DNA of 64,000 nucleotides. It comes from Candidatus Delongbacteria bacterium (GTDB lineage Bacteria; CAIWAD01). Both the position numbers and the translations under genes were made by a program. Of this stretch, positions 30,029 to 37,956 are shown in pieces; position 1 is the stretch's first letter; each line of letters opens with the position of its first letter. Location: NCBI GenBank assembly GCA_963663545.1, contig OY760505.1, forward strand, positions 3,520,001 through 3,584,000, written 5' to 3'. The notes under the pieces were generated by a model that searched no databases, was not told the origin of the DNA, and was given only the letters and a program-made list of their open reading frames with translations.

Positions 30029-30419
30029 TTCGTAAGGCAACAGACCAAAGTGGACACCTGATTACCTAGCATCCTCCGCTAGTCGCAGGCTGCCCAGTGG
30101 CCTTTCAGTAGATCTTGCGGCAGCTCGCAGCAGACAATAGAATAGCCCCGCAAGCTGAATCTGCGATTGAAGCGAAACTGAAACAGGCCGAAGTAGCAGC
30201 CCTATATGAGTGGTCCGGATTTGTGGGGCGATTACACGATTACAGCAGCGTGGCATGTTGAGCTGTCACCAGACGCATGGCCCCGTCGAGGTGCCGTGCG
30301 CTTCGCACCCGGTACCTCGAAGAAGCCTCGCGTAGGGGATGTGCCGCGAATCCGACTCTGGAGAATTGCAAGAGTTCTTCTCTTGGCCTCTCTTCCTCTT
30401 CCTGAGCGAGCATTAAACA

Positions 30420-30899
30420 CTTATGAGGCCCCCATTGTCAATAGCACATAGGTGTTCCTTCCGATTTCCGGTTCTTTGATAGGAAGGCGAGATCACAATT
30501 CCGGCTTTATTTCACGGCCAGGCGCAGAGTGATTCCACAGCCAAACGCCTGTTCGCCAAGGCGAACAGGTTGTCGAAGCTTCGGAGCAAGCTTCGACCCT
30601 TGTACTGGCGAGGTACTGCTTCTCTTTACGCCCTAGAAACTCATTCGTACCCATATGCCGATCTATTCAAGAATACAGGCTCAGCGGCAGCTGTCCAGTT
30701 CGTTCCAGATCGGGGATGGAGCGGAATCAACTTGTTCAGCACCTTCTTTGTTATCAACGGGCAACCAGTCAATCAAATACACGGGCTCGGAGCATTTTGA
30801 TCGAGCAGGACGATCGTGCTTTCTGCACATGGTGATTCCGTCCAGCATTCCGATTCGCCCCTGATGTCCAGTTAGACGGTGGACCTGGTTGCCCGTGGA
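30420..30899 (-). ncRNA. candidate seek/bridge RNA region of the IS1111-type element
   Basis: Long NCR downstream of tnp, conserved in both copies; hairpin 30866-30884 has GTCTAAC in its loop; RNA boundaries unknown. Confidence 0.55.
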
Positions 30900-31943
30900 T
30901 CAGGCCGCCAGGAAGCGTGCCGGATCGAATGCTTGTTGGCGTTTGAGCATATGGTATACCGTTCTTCCGAGTTTGTGAGCAAGAATGGAAAGTGACTTGG
31001 CCTTGCCGTGCTTTCGCGCCAGCTTGTTTCGGTAGGCCTGCCCTTTCGGATTGTTGCGTAAGTACAATGTGGCAGCTTCGCCAAACGCCCACTTCAGGTG
31101 AGCGTTGCCAATCTTGCGTCCACCGCTCCCGCTGCGCTTTCCGGCAGATTCGTGAGCGCAAATGACAAGCCTTGCATAGGAGGCGAAATCCTGCACACGC
31201 GGGAATCGGCTGATGTCATGGATTTCGTAGAGGATTGTCATAGCCAATGTGGGGCCTATGCCATGAATGGTCTTGAGCAGCTCGAATTCCCTTGGCTTAT
31301 GCCAGGCAACTTGCTTTCGCAGAGTTTTCTCGACGTGATTGATCTGCGTTGTCAGCGACTGAATCACGTGAAGATCGAGTTGGATGGTTTCCCTGGTCAT
31401 TGGATCGTCGAACAGGTAAAGGCCAGGATCCTCTAGATCCAGCCGCTGTGTCTTTCCAGTCAGGGTATGCAGATTGGCTTGGCTTTGGGTATTGACTACA
31501 TGTGCCATCAGTTCAGCGCGAAAACGTACCAGCGCTGTTCGTCTGCGAAGCAAATCTCGCGTCGCCCGCATTTCTTTCGGATAGACATAGGCCATGGGGA
31601 AGACACCCCCTCGGATCATGTGGGCAATCTTGGAGGCATCCAGTTTGTCGTTTTTGGCTTTTGCGCCGTGAATGGCTTTCATGTAGAGCGCGTGTCCCAG
31701 TAGAAAGGGAATCCCCTCGTTTTCGCAAAGATCGGCGAGCCAGTACCAGGTGGACATGCACTCGACTCCGACGATGAGGCCATCGCGATAGGGCTGAATG
31801 GCAGCCAGAAAGGCCGCTGCGCTTGTGGGAATGTTTTGTTGCAAGCAGATTGTTCCCCGTTCATCCAACACGCATAGGTACATTGTTTTCGCATGCAGGT
31901 CAATTCCGCATGTGTGACGATGTTGGCCTTGATAGAATCTCAT
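30900..31943 (-). CDS. IS110-family transposase/recombinase
   Basis: DEDD residues in GIDLH, VGVEC and KNDKLDA; C-terminal TIHGIG and HESAG. Confidence 0.93.
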   Translation of the reverse strand: MRFYQGQHRHTCGIDLHAKTMYLCVLDERGTICLQQNIPTSAAAFLAAIQPYRDGLIVGVECMSTWYWLADLCENEGIPFLLGHALYMKAIHGAKAKNDKLDASKIAHMIRGGVFPMAYVYPKEMRATRDLLRRRTALVRFRAELMAHVVNTQSQANLHTLTGKTQRLDLEDPGLYLFDDPMTRETIQLDLHVIQSLTTQINHVEKTLRKQVAWHKPREFELLKTIHGIGPTLAMTILYEIHDISRFPRVQDFASYARLVICAHESAGKRSGSGGRKIGNAHLKWAFGEAATLYLRNNPKGQAYRNKLARKHGKAKSLSILAHKLGRTVYHMLKRQQAFDPARFLAA

Positions 31944-32022
31944 GGTCTCCTCCTGAGTGGGTGATTGTGACTACCCGAAGTATCGGGTCACTCGTGAAAG
32001 GAGGGGGCCTCTATGAAGATCA

Positions 32023-32091
32023 ACTGCTTCCAGGGGACACCATAACCGCGCTTCCGCGCGGTCACGGCGCCCCTGAAGCAGAGCGTTAGAA
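32023..32091 (+). other. attC distal part (ATTAAAC at 30412 separated by the IS)
   Basis: CTGCTTC(C)AGGGG pairs with CCCCTGAAGCAG with one extra base; ACCGCGC/GCGCGGT stem; ends GTTAGAA. Confidence 0.85.
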
Positions 32092-32107
32092 GCAGCTGGA
32101 GAAGAGA

Positions 32108-33136
32108 ATGAAATACTTTGTCGTGATTTTGTTGATTGCATCAGCACAGTTCGCAAGCGTCAATGCTGAAGTTATAGAAGGATTGACGCCAGAGTGCTTC
32201 ATGGATGCAACAGTCCTGAGTATGGGTAAAGATCAGCCATCAAGTGTTGCGATTCGAGGCCATAGTTCTGTGCAGTATTACACTCAGTCCGAGACTGGAT
32301 GGATACTCTCAGATAGTCTTGATATCCCAGAAGGGATCATCCCAGGACAGGTGAATTTCATCCAATCGATAGATACCGATCAAGACTCTATTGATGAATT
32401 GTGTTTGGCTATTGGTGATTCGCTGCACATCTATAGACAGGCGAAAACACTTGAAAAGTTGCATGTATTGAAGCTTGAGTATTGTGTGCACGATCTCTGT
32501 GTGCTATACGTCGACAGTTCTAAGACAATCATCGCATACCTAGGTTTTGATCATAATGAGGGTAGACGTGCGCCTCTGCATCGACCCATGTATTTATGTG
32601 TTGCTGAGATACATGGGGGCGAAACACGATATATCTATGATGATTCAAAACAATTTGGGTACTGTGAATACGAGTCCGGTGGGATAGGCCTTTTTGCCAA
32701 TGTCCAAGCTGGCAAGGATCTCCAGGTAATCGTTGAAGAGCAGATGGGTGGTTCACCTGGTGATGTTCGATATGCAGAGCACATTTGGTCAGGTGATTCC
32801 CTCCAGCATGTGCGAGACTATAGTATCTGCAATATGCAGTTTGTCCCAGGTCAGTTTTCATGTACTCCTGAGAAGCGGCCCACATGGTTGGGTACTGGAG
32901 CGTGTGTTGACAATGTGACTTACTATGTATGCAAAGAATTGATGTTTGAAAGACGAGACTCACTTGAGATCGTGAAATTCTGTAAGGACTCTCTTGTAGT
33001 TGTAGAAATGATAGAAGGGGCTGGAATGGCCTATAACAACTGCTATAGTTGGTTGAATCTCTATGGATATGGATATGGTGTATTCATCGCTGGCTACTAT
33101 AAAGGTACATATCGGTTCTATCCAGTCGACTTGTGA
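32108..33136 (+). CDS. secreted hypothetical protein (cassette)
   Basis: Signal peptide MKYFVVILLIASAQFASVNA; AT-rich; framed by GTTAGAA/TTCTAAC. Confidence 0.8.
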   Translation: MKYFVVILLIASAQFASVNAEVIEGLTPECFMDATVLSMGKDQPSSVAIRGHSSVQYYTQSETGWILSDSLDIPEGIIPGQVNFIQSIDTDQDSIDELCLAIGDSLHIYRQAKTLEKLHVLKLEYCVHDLCVLYVDSSKTIIAYLGFDHNEGRRAPLHRPMYLCVAEIHGGETRYIYDDSKQFGYCEYESGGIGLFANVQAGKDLQVIVEEQMGGSPGDVRYAEHIWSGDSLQHVRDYSICNMQFVPGQFSCTPEKRPTWLGTGACVDNVTYYVCKELMFERRDSLEIVKFCKDSLVVVEMIEGAGMAYNNCYSWLNLYGYGYGVFIAGYYKGTYRFYPVDL

Positions 33137-33268
33137 TGCTGTTTCTAACACATGATTGCTGCTTCTGATGGAAAAGGCTAAAAAGAACATTATACTAACC
33201 AACAATTCGACCGGACTTGAAACACATCGGGCCGCCGAGTAAAACATTACACGCTTTAGGGGGAGTTT

Positions 33269-33358
33269 ATGAAGTCAATTGTCTCACTTCTCTTCATCGT
33301 CTCAGTCGCAGCTATTGCTACTGCGAATGAATTTGGTGTTGTCGGTAACTGGACCTAG
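33269..33358 (+). pseudogene. 5' remnant of a secreted-protein gene cut by an IS
   Basis: GGGGAG then MKSIVSLLFIVSVAAIATANEFGVVGN, running into the IS end. Confidence 0.55.
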
Positions 33359-33570
33359 CCACCCCCCAATTTTTCGGTCCACTCTTTTTGCGACTCACCC
33401 TACCTTGCATCCAAGGAGGTTTTGCCATGCGCAAGAGTCGATTCAGCGAGCAGCAGATTTTCAATGTGCTCAAGGAATGTGGAAGCTGGTGCGTCCATTG
33501 CTGACGTATGCCGCCGGACGGGGATCTCTGTTGCAACCGTTCATCGCTGGAAGGCGAAGTACGAAGGGTT
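33350..33570 (+). mobile_element. IS3-family left-end remnant with frameshifted orfA
   Basis: ATG 33427 MRKSRFSEQQIFNVLKE, frameshift, VEAGASIADVCRRTGISVATVHRWKAKYEGL. Confidence 0.8.
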
Positions 33571-33811
33571 GGGGTGGGTCCATGTCCCGCCCTTCGGTCG
33601 TGACACCTCGTAGATTTCTCGCATCAGGCTCTGCTGAACATCGAACACAATACAGTCGCGAGGAATCTCCTCTTGGCATTCTGGGACGACGGTCTTCCTT
33701 TGCGTACTTCGCGTCTTGGCGCGATAGTTTCTTCTCTCGCCTCTCTGCGTTCTCTGCGCTCTCTGCAAGATGCTCTCTTCTCTTCCGCTTTCCTTCAGGT
33801 TGATCCAAAGC

Positions 33812-33861
33812 CTCGATACCGATACCGATCCGACTCCGCAGGAGTCGGCACCGATACCGAC
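33812..33861. repeat. ACCGAT hexamer run (reverse of ATCGGT)
   Basis: tcgataccgataccgatccgactcc...gcaccgataccgac. Confidence 0.7.
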
Positions 33862-33927
33862 GGGAACGGCTTGCTTTTTGTAACTTGCACAGGTCGCTAC
33901 AAACGGCGGCTACAAGAGGAGTTTTGC

Positions 33928-35790
33928 ATGTCCTATCTGGTGCTCGCGCGCAAATGGCGCCCCCGAAATTTCGCCGAAGTCATCGGACAATCGCACGTCA
34001 CGCGCACCCTGGCCAACGCCATCCGCACCGGCCGCATCGCCCACGCCTACATCCTTTCCGGTCCGCGCGGCGTCGGCAAAACCTCCATCGCGCGCATCCT
34101 GGCCAAGAGCCTCAACTGCGCCAACGGCCCCACGGCGGAACCCTGCGGCGAGTGCACCTCCTGCCGCCAGATCCACGATGGCAACAACTTCGATGTCATC
34201 GAAATCGACGGTGCCAGCAACAACAGCGTCAACGACATCCGCGAGCTGCGTGATACAGTCAAGTACGGCCCCAGCGAGCACCGCTACAAAGTCTACATCA
34301 TCGACGAAGTCCACATGCTCTCCACCAGCGCCTTCAACGCCCTGCTGAAGACCCTGGAAGAGCCGCCGGACTTCACCGTCTTCGTCTTTGCCACCACCGA
34401 ACTGCACAAGGTGCCGCTGACCGTGCTCAGTCGCTGCCAGCGCTTCGACTTCCACCGTCTCACGCAGAAGGAGATCGAGGCCAGCCTGGCGCGCGTCTGC
34501 GAGGCGGAGGGCGTGAAGGTGGAGGCCCGCACGCTGCAGCTCATCGCCCGTCGCGCTGACGGCGGCATGCGTGATGCACAATCGCTGCTGGACCAGGTGC
34601 TCAGCTTCAGCGAAAAGGAAGTGCATCACGAAGAAGTGGTCCACGCCCTTGGATTGGTGGAACAGGAGTCGGTGATACAATTGCTGCGCATGGTGCGCGA
34701 CCAGGACGCCGCCGCCGCTTTTGCGCTGGCCCGCGAACTGGCTTCACGCGGTGCCGATCCCGGCGAGTACCTGATGCAGGTGGCGGAGAGCCTGCGCAAT
34801 CTGCTGCTGCTGAAGACCGATCCCGAGGGCGCGCTGAACGAAATGGCTGAGGAAAGCCTGGCGCCTCTGCGCGAGGTGCTGGACGCTTTCAGCGAGGCGG
34901 ATCTGCTGCGCATGCTCACCTTCCTCGCCGGTCGCATCGACACCGTGAGACGCGGCAGCCAACCCCGGCTGCAGTTCGAGCTCAGCCTGCTGCGCTTGGC
35001 GCGCATGGAGCGTGCACTGGAGGTCGAGGACCTGATGCGCGCCCTGGCGGGTCTGCCGGTCGAGGCCCTGGGAAGTGTGACACAGGGAAATGCGGAGCAA
35101 AAAAAAACTCCGTTGAAGCGCTCCGTTGAAGCGGACCCGCTGAAGCCATCTGCCGAACCGGCTCCACGAGCTGAAAAGCAACCCGTCGAAGTCCGTGATA
35201 CACCACCCGCTGCCAAGGCGCATTCCTCTGATACGGTTGCGCCGAATCCTGCTGTACCAAGCGCTGATTCGCCCGTGACTCAGAAGGAGCCAGCAGCAGA
35301 TCCGGCAGCTAAGACTGCGCCCGTATCACACACTCCACCACTTGTGGACGAGACGCCCGCGCAGCCAGAGCCGAAAACGGTGACCGCTTCGGGCATGACG
35401 CTGGATGAGCTTCGCGCGCTCTGGCCGGAACTGTTGGAGCGGGTCGCGCAGGCCATGCCCATGCAGGCGGCCACTTTCCAGCATCTGCAACCCGTTGAGC
35501 TTGCGGGCGATCGTATCACGCTGAAGGGCGTCTTTCGTGCTGACACGGTGCGGCAGAGCTTCCTGCGCAAGAAGCTGGAGCTGGAGGAGTTGGCGGCGCG
35601 CGTGTTCGGCGAGCGCTTTCCGCGCGGACTGCAGTTCAAGGTAGTCGAGGAGGAATTGGGCGCGGAGGAGCGATTCGTCAAGGCGCAGCGAACCCATTTG
35701 GACGGCGGTAGCCGCTTTGCAGAACTGAAGGAAGACAACCCCGTGCTGGGCGAGCTATTCGACCGCATGGACGGGCGTTTGCTGGAATAG
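33928..35790 (+). CDS. dnaX: DNA polymerase III tau/gamma
   Basis: LARKWRP, GPRGVGKT, DEVHML and SRC motifs; start at MSYLVLARK. Confidence 0.96.
   Translation: MSYLVLARKWRPRNFAEVIGQSHVTRTLANAIRTGRIAHAYILSGPRGVGKTSIARILAKSLNCANGPTAEPCGECTSCRQIHDGNNFDVIEIDGASNNSVNDIRELRDTVKYGPSEHRYKVYIIDEVHMLSTSAFNALLKTLEEPPDFTVFVFATTELHKVPLTVLSRCQRFDFHRLTQKEIEASLARVCEAEGVKVEARTLQLIARRADGGMRDAQSLLDQVLSFSEKEVHHEEVVHALGLVEQESVIQLLRMVRDQDAAAAFALARELASRGADPGEYLMQVAESLRNLLLLKTDPEGALNEMAEESLAPLREVLDAFSEADLLRMLTFLAGRIDTVRRGSQPRLQFELSLLRLARMERALEVEDLMRALAGLPVEALGSVTQGNAEQKKTPLKRSVEADPLKPSAEPAPRAEKQPVEVRDTPPAAKAHSSDTVAPNPAVPSADSPVTQKEPAADPAAKTAPVSHTPPLVDETPAQPEPKTVTASGMTLDELRALWPELLERVAQAMPMQAATFQHLQPVELAGDRITLKGVFRADTVRQSFLRKKLELEELAARVFGERFPRGLQFKVVEEELGAEERFVKAQRTHLDGGSRFAELKEDNPVLGELFDRMDGRLLE
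35099..35133 (+). other. A9 slippage/frameshift site of dnaX
   Basis: 9 A followed by TGA in both shifted frames. Confidence 0.75.
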
Positions 35791-35800
35791 AGGAGATAGC

Positions 35801-36112
35801 ATGATCAAGGGCGGACTGGGCGGATTGCTGAAGCAGGCCCAGGTAATGAAGAAGAAACTGGCTCAGGTGCAGGAGAAGATGGAAGCCGAGGTGGTCGAGG
35901 CCGCGTCCGGAGACGGGCTGGTGCGTGTTACGGCCAACTGCCGCCAACAGATTCGCAGTATCACCATCGCCCCCGAGGCGCTCGAGGATCCAGGTATGCT
36001 GGAAGACTTGGTACTGACGGCGGTCAACCGTGCTCTGACAGAAGGCCGCGAGCGCAACGAGAAGGAAGTGGCGCGTATCACGGGCGGCATCGATTTTCCC
36101 ATGGGGCTCTGA
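35801..36112 (+). CDS. ybaB: YbaB/EbfC nucleoid-associated protein
   Basis: LKQAQ, SGDGLVRV and LEDLVLTAVN; dnaX-ybaB-recR synteny. Confidence 0.92.
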   Translation: MIKGGLGGLLKQAQVMKKKLAQVQEKMEAEVVEAASGDGLVRVTANCRQQIRSITIAPEALEDPGMLEDLVLTAVNRALTEGRERNEKEVARITGGIDFPMGL

Positions 36113-36720
36113 TGCAAATGCTGACTCCCGCCATGGCGGAGCTGGTGTCCGCTTTCGGCAAACTGCCCGGCATTGGTCGCAAGACGGCGTTTCGTCTGGC
36201 GATGCATGTGCTGGAGAAGGGCAATGACGATGCCCGCGCGCTGGCCAAAGCGCTGGAGGCCGCTGTCACACGCGTTGGGCGCTGCACACGCTGCGGCAAT
36301 CTCTCGGAAGACGAACTCTGCGGTATCTGCGCCAATCCGCGCCGTGACACAAGCCTGATCTGTGTCGTCGAACACCTGGGTGACCTGATGGCCATCGAGC
36401 GCGCCGGCGAGTTTCGCGGCTTGTATCACGTGCTAGGCGGAGCTCTTTCGCCTCTGGACGGCGTCGGTCCCGATCAATTACGCATTGGCGAACTGCTGAA
36501 GCGCGTGCGCGAGGACGGCGTGCAGGAGTTGCTTCTAGCCACCAACTCCACGGTGGAAGGCGACGCTACCGCCCTCTACATTGTGGAATGCTTGAAGGAC
36601 GTGGATCTGAAGCTCAGCCGTCTGGCACGCGGTGTCCCCATGGGCGGAAGTCTGGATTACATCGATCAGCTGACTCTGGCGCGCGCCATCGACGGCCGCG
36701 AAGCCATTCGGCGGGAGTAG
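36112..36720 (+). CDS. recR: recombination mediator RecR
   Basis: LPGIGRKTA, C4 zinc finger, YHVLGG and EGDATA motifs. Confidence 0.96.
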   Translation: MQMLTPAMAELVSAFGKLPGIGRKTAFRLAMHVLEKGNDDARALAKALEAAVTRVGRCTRCGNLSEDELCGICANPRRDTSLICVVEHLGDLMAIERAGEFRGLYHVLGGALSPLDGVGPDQLRIGELLKRVREDGVQELLLATNSTVEGDATALYIVECLKDVDLKLSRLARGVPMGGSLDYIDQLTLARAIDGREAIRRE

Positions 36721-36723
36721 ACC

Positions 36724-37449
36724 GTGTTCACCATCCCGAATCTGCTGACACTGCTGCGCTTCGTGATGGTGCCCGCCTTTCTCATTCTTTTCCTGAGTCC
36801 GCGACCGCTCCTGCACATCCTTGCCACGGTGATCTATGTGCTGGCGGCAATCACCGACTGGTTCGATGGCTGGCTGGCGCGTCGTCTGCAACAGAAGTCG
36901 GAGCTGGGGCGCATCGCCGATCCGCTGGCAGACAAGCTGTTGGCGGTGGGCGTATACCTTTCGCTGTTGCTGCGTGGTGATCTGATCGAGGCAGTGAGTT
37001 ATGCGCTGCCCTGCATCGTGTTGATCGCGCTCTTCGAGACCGGCATCGTCAGCATGTCGGTGGTCAGTCTCTACCGCGGTGTAAGTTCGCCGCTGGCCTA
37101 TGTGGGCAAGTTGAAAACGGCCGGTCAGCTGCTGACGCTCTTCTTGCTGCTGACACGTATGAACCTGCAAGAGTCGCTTCCGGTGACACACGAACTTCAC
37201 GCACTGATGCAGAACAGGCATCTGCTGTTTCTGCTGAACGGCATGATGCTGATGATCACTGTGCTGACCGGTATCACCTTTCTCACCTATGCGCTGCGCT
37301 ATCCCCGGCATCGCGAAGAGTTGCGTGCAGCGCGCCGTGTATCACGGGACCGCGTGAGACGTTACCGCGAAGAGCAGCGCGAAGAGAAACTGCGCACCCG
37401 GACGGGTGATACAAAAGCCGGGGAAAGCAACAAGGAGAGTGTCTGGTGA
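36724..37449 (+). CDS. pgsA: CDP-alcohol phosphatidyltransferase (PgsA-like)
   Basis: PNLLTLLR and TDWFDGWLAR...GRIADPLADK. Confidence 0.85.
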   Translation: MFTIPNLLTLLRFVMVPAFLILFLSPRPLLHILATVIYVLAAITDWFDGWLARRLQQKSELGRIADPLADKLLAVGVYLSLLLRGDLIEAVSYALPCIVLIALFETGIVSMSVVSLYRGVSSPLAYVGKLKTAGQLLTLFLLLTRMNLQESLPVTHELHALMQNRHLLFLLNGMMLMITVLTGITFLTYALRYPRHREELRAARRVSRDRVRRYREEQREEKLRTRTGDTKAGESNKESVW

Positions 37450-37898
37450 AGGCTATGCTGCGTCTGCTGGCGACATCGTTCGGCCTCGGATATCTACCGC
37501 TGGCTCCGGGTACGTGGGGCTCGCTGGCCGGTGTTGCCCTCTATTGGTGGGCAATGGACTACGGTTTGGGCTGGCCCATGCTACTGTGTATCACGCTGAT
37601 CCTGCCCCTCATTGGCTGGTTTGCCTGTCGAGAAGGAGAATCCGCCTGGGGACACGATCCCGGTCGTGTGGTCATCGACGAGGTCGCCGGCCAGTGGCTG
37701 ACGCTGTTGATTGGCGGTTCTGCGAGCTGGCCCTATCTGATCGGCGGTTTCGTGCTCTTCCGCATCTTCGATATCTGGAAGCCCGGTCCCGTCGACAAAC
37801 TGCAGCGACTGCCCGGAGCCTGGGGCGTGATGGCCGATGACCTACTGGCTGGCGTCTTTGGCGGCCTGATTCTGCTGGCCGTGCGCCTGTTCTGTTGA
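37446..37898 (+). CDS. pgpA: phosphatidylglycerophosphatase A
   Basis: APGTWGS, VVIDEVAG, FRIFDIWKP and GVMADD motifs. Confidence 0.92.
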   Translation: MKAMLRLLATSFGLGYLPLAPGTWGSLAGVALYWWAMDYGLGWPMLLCITLILPLIGWFACREGESAWGHDPGRVVIDEVAGQWLTLLIGGSASWPYLIGGFVLFRIFDIWKPGPVDKLQRLPGAWGVMADDLLAGVFGGLILLAVRLFC

Positions 37899-37956
37899 GA
37901 TAGACTGACAGTGCGCGCACGATAGCGCGTGACACTGCGAAAACCGGGAACCGTCG

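Larger units (their letters stand above)
30420..32022 (-). mobile_element. IS110-family (IS1111-type) element, full length, inserted in attC
   Basis: Transposase, about 480-bp downstream non-coding region, subterminal IRs, flanking CA at 30418 and 32021. Confidence 0.9.
25360..33358 (+). mobile_element. integron gene-cassette array, no integrase in window (CALIN-like)
   Basis: Complementary core pairs: GTTAAGT 25360/ACTTAAC 25557; GTTAGCAT 25616/ATGCTAAC 26773; GTTCGGC 28052/GCCGAAG 28919; GTTAGAA 32085/TTCTAAC 33143; attC-like palindromes. Confidence 0.85.

Noticed and set aside
19546..33927. Integron integrase or phage integrase
   Set aside because: No ORF shows tyrosine- or serine-recombinase motifs
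33570..33927. SRP RNA or tRNA, often found upstream of dnaX
   Set aside because: No SRP loop motif or cloverleaf recognisable
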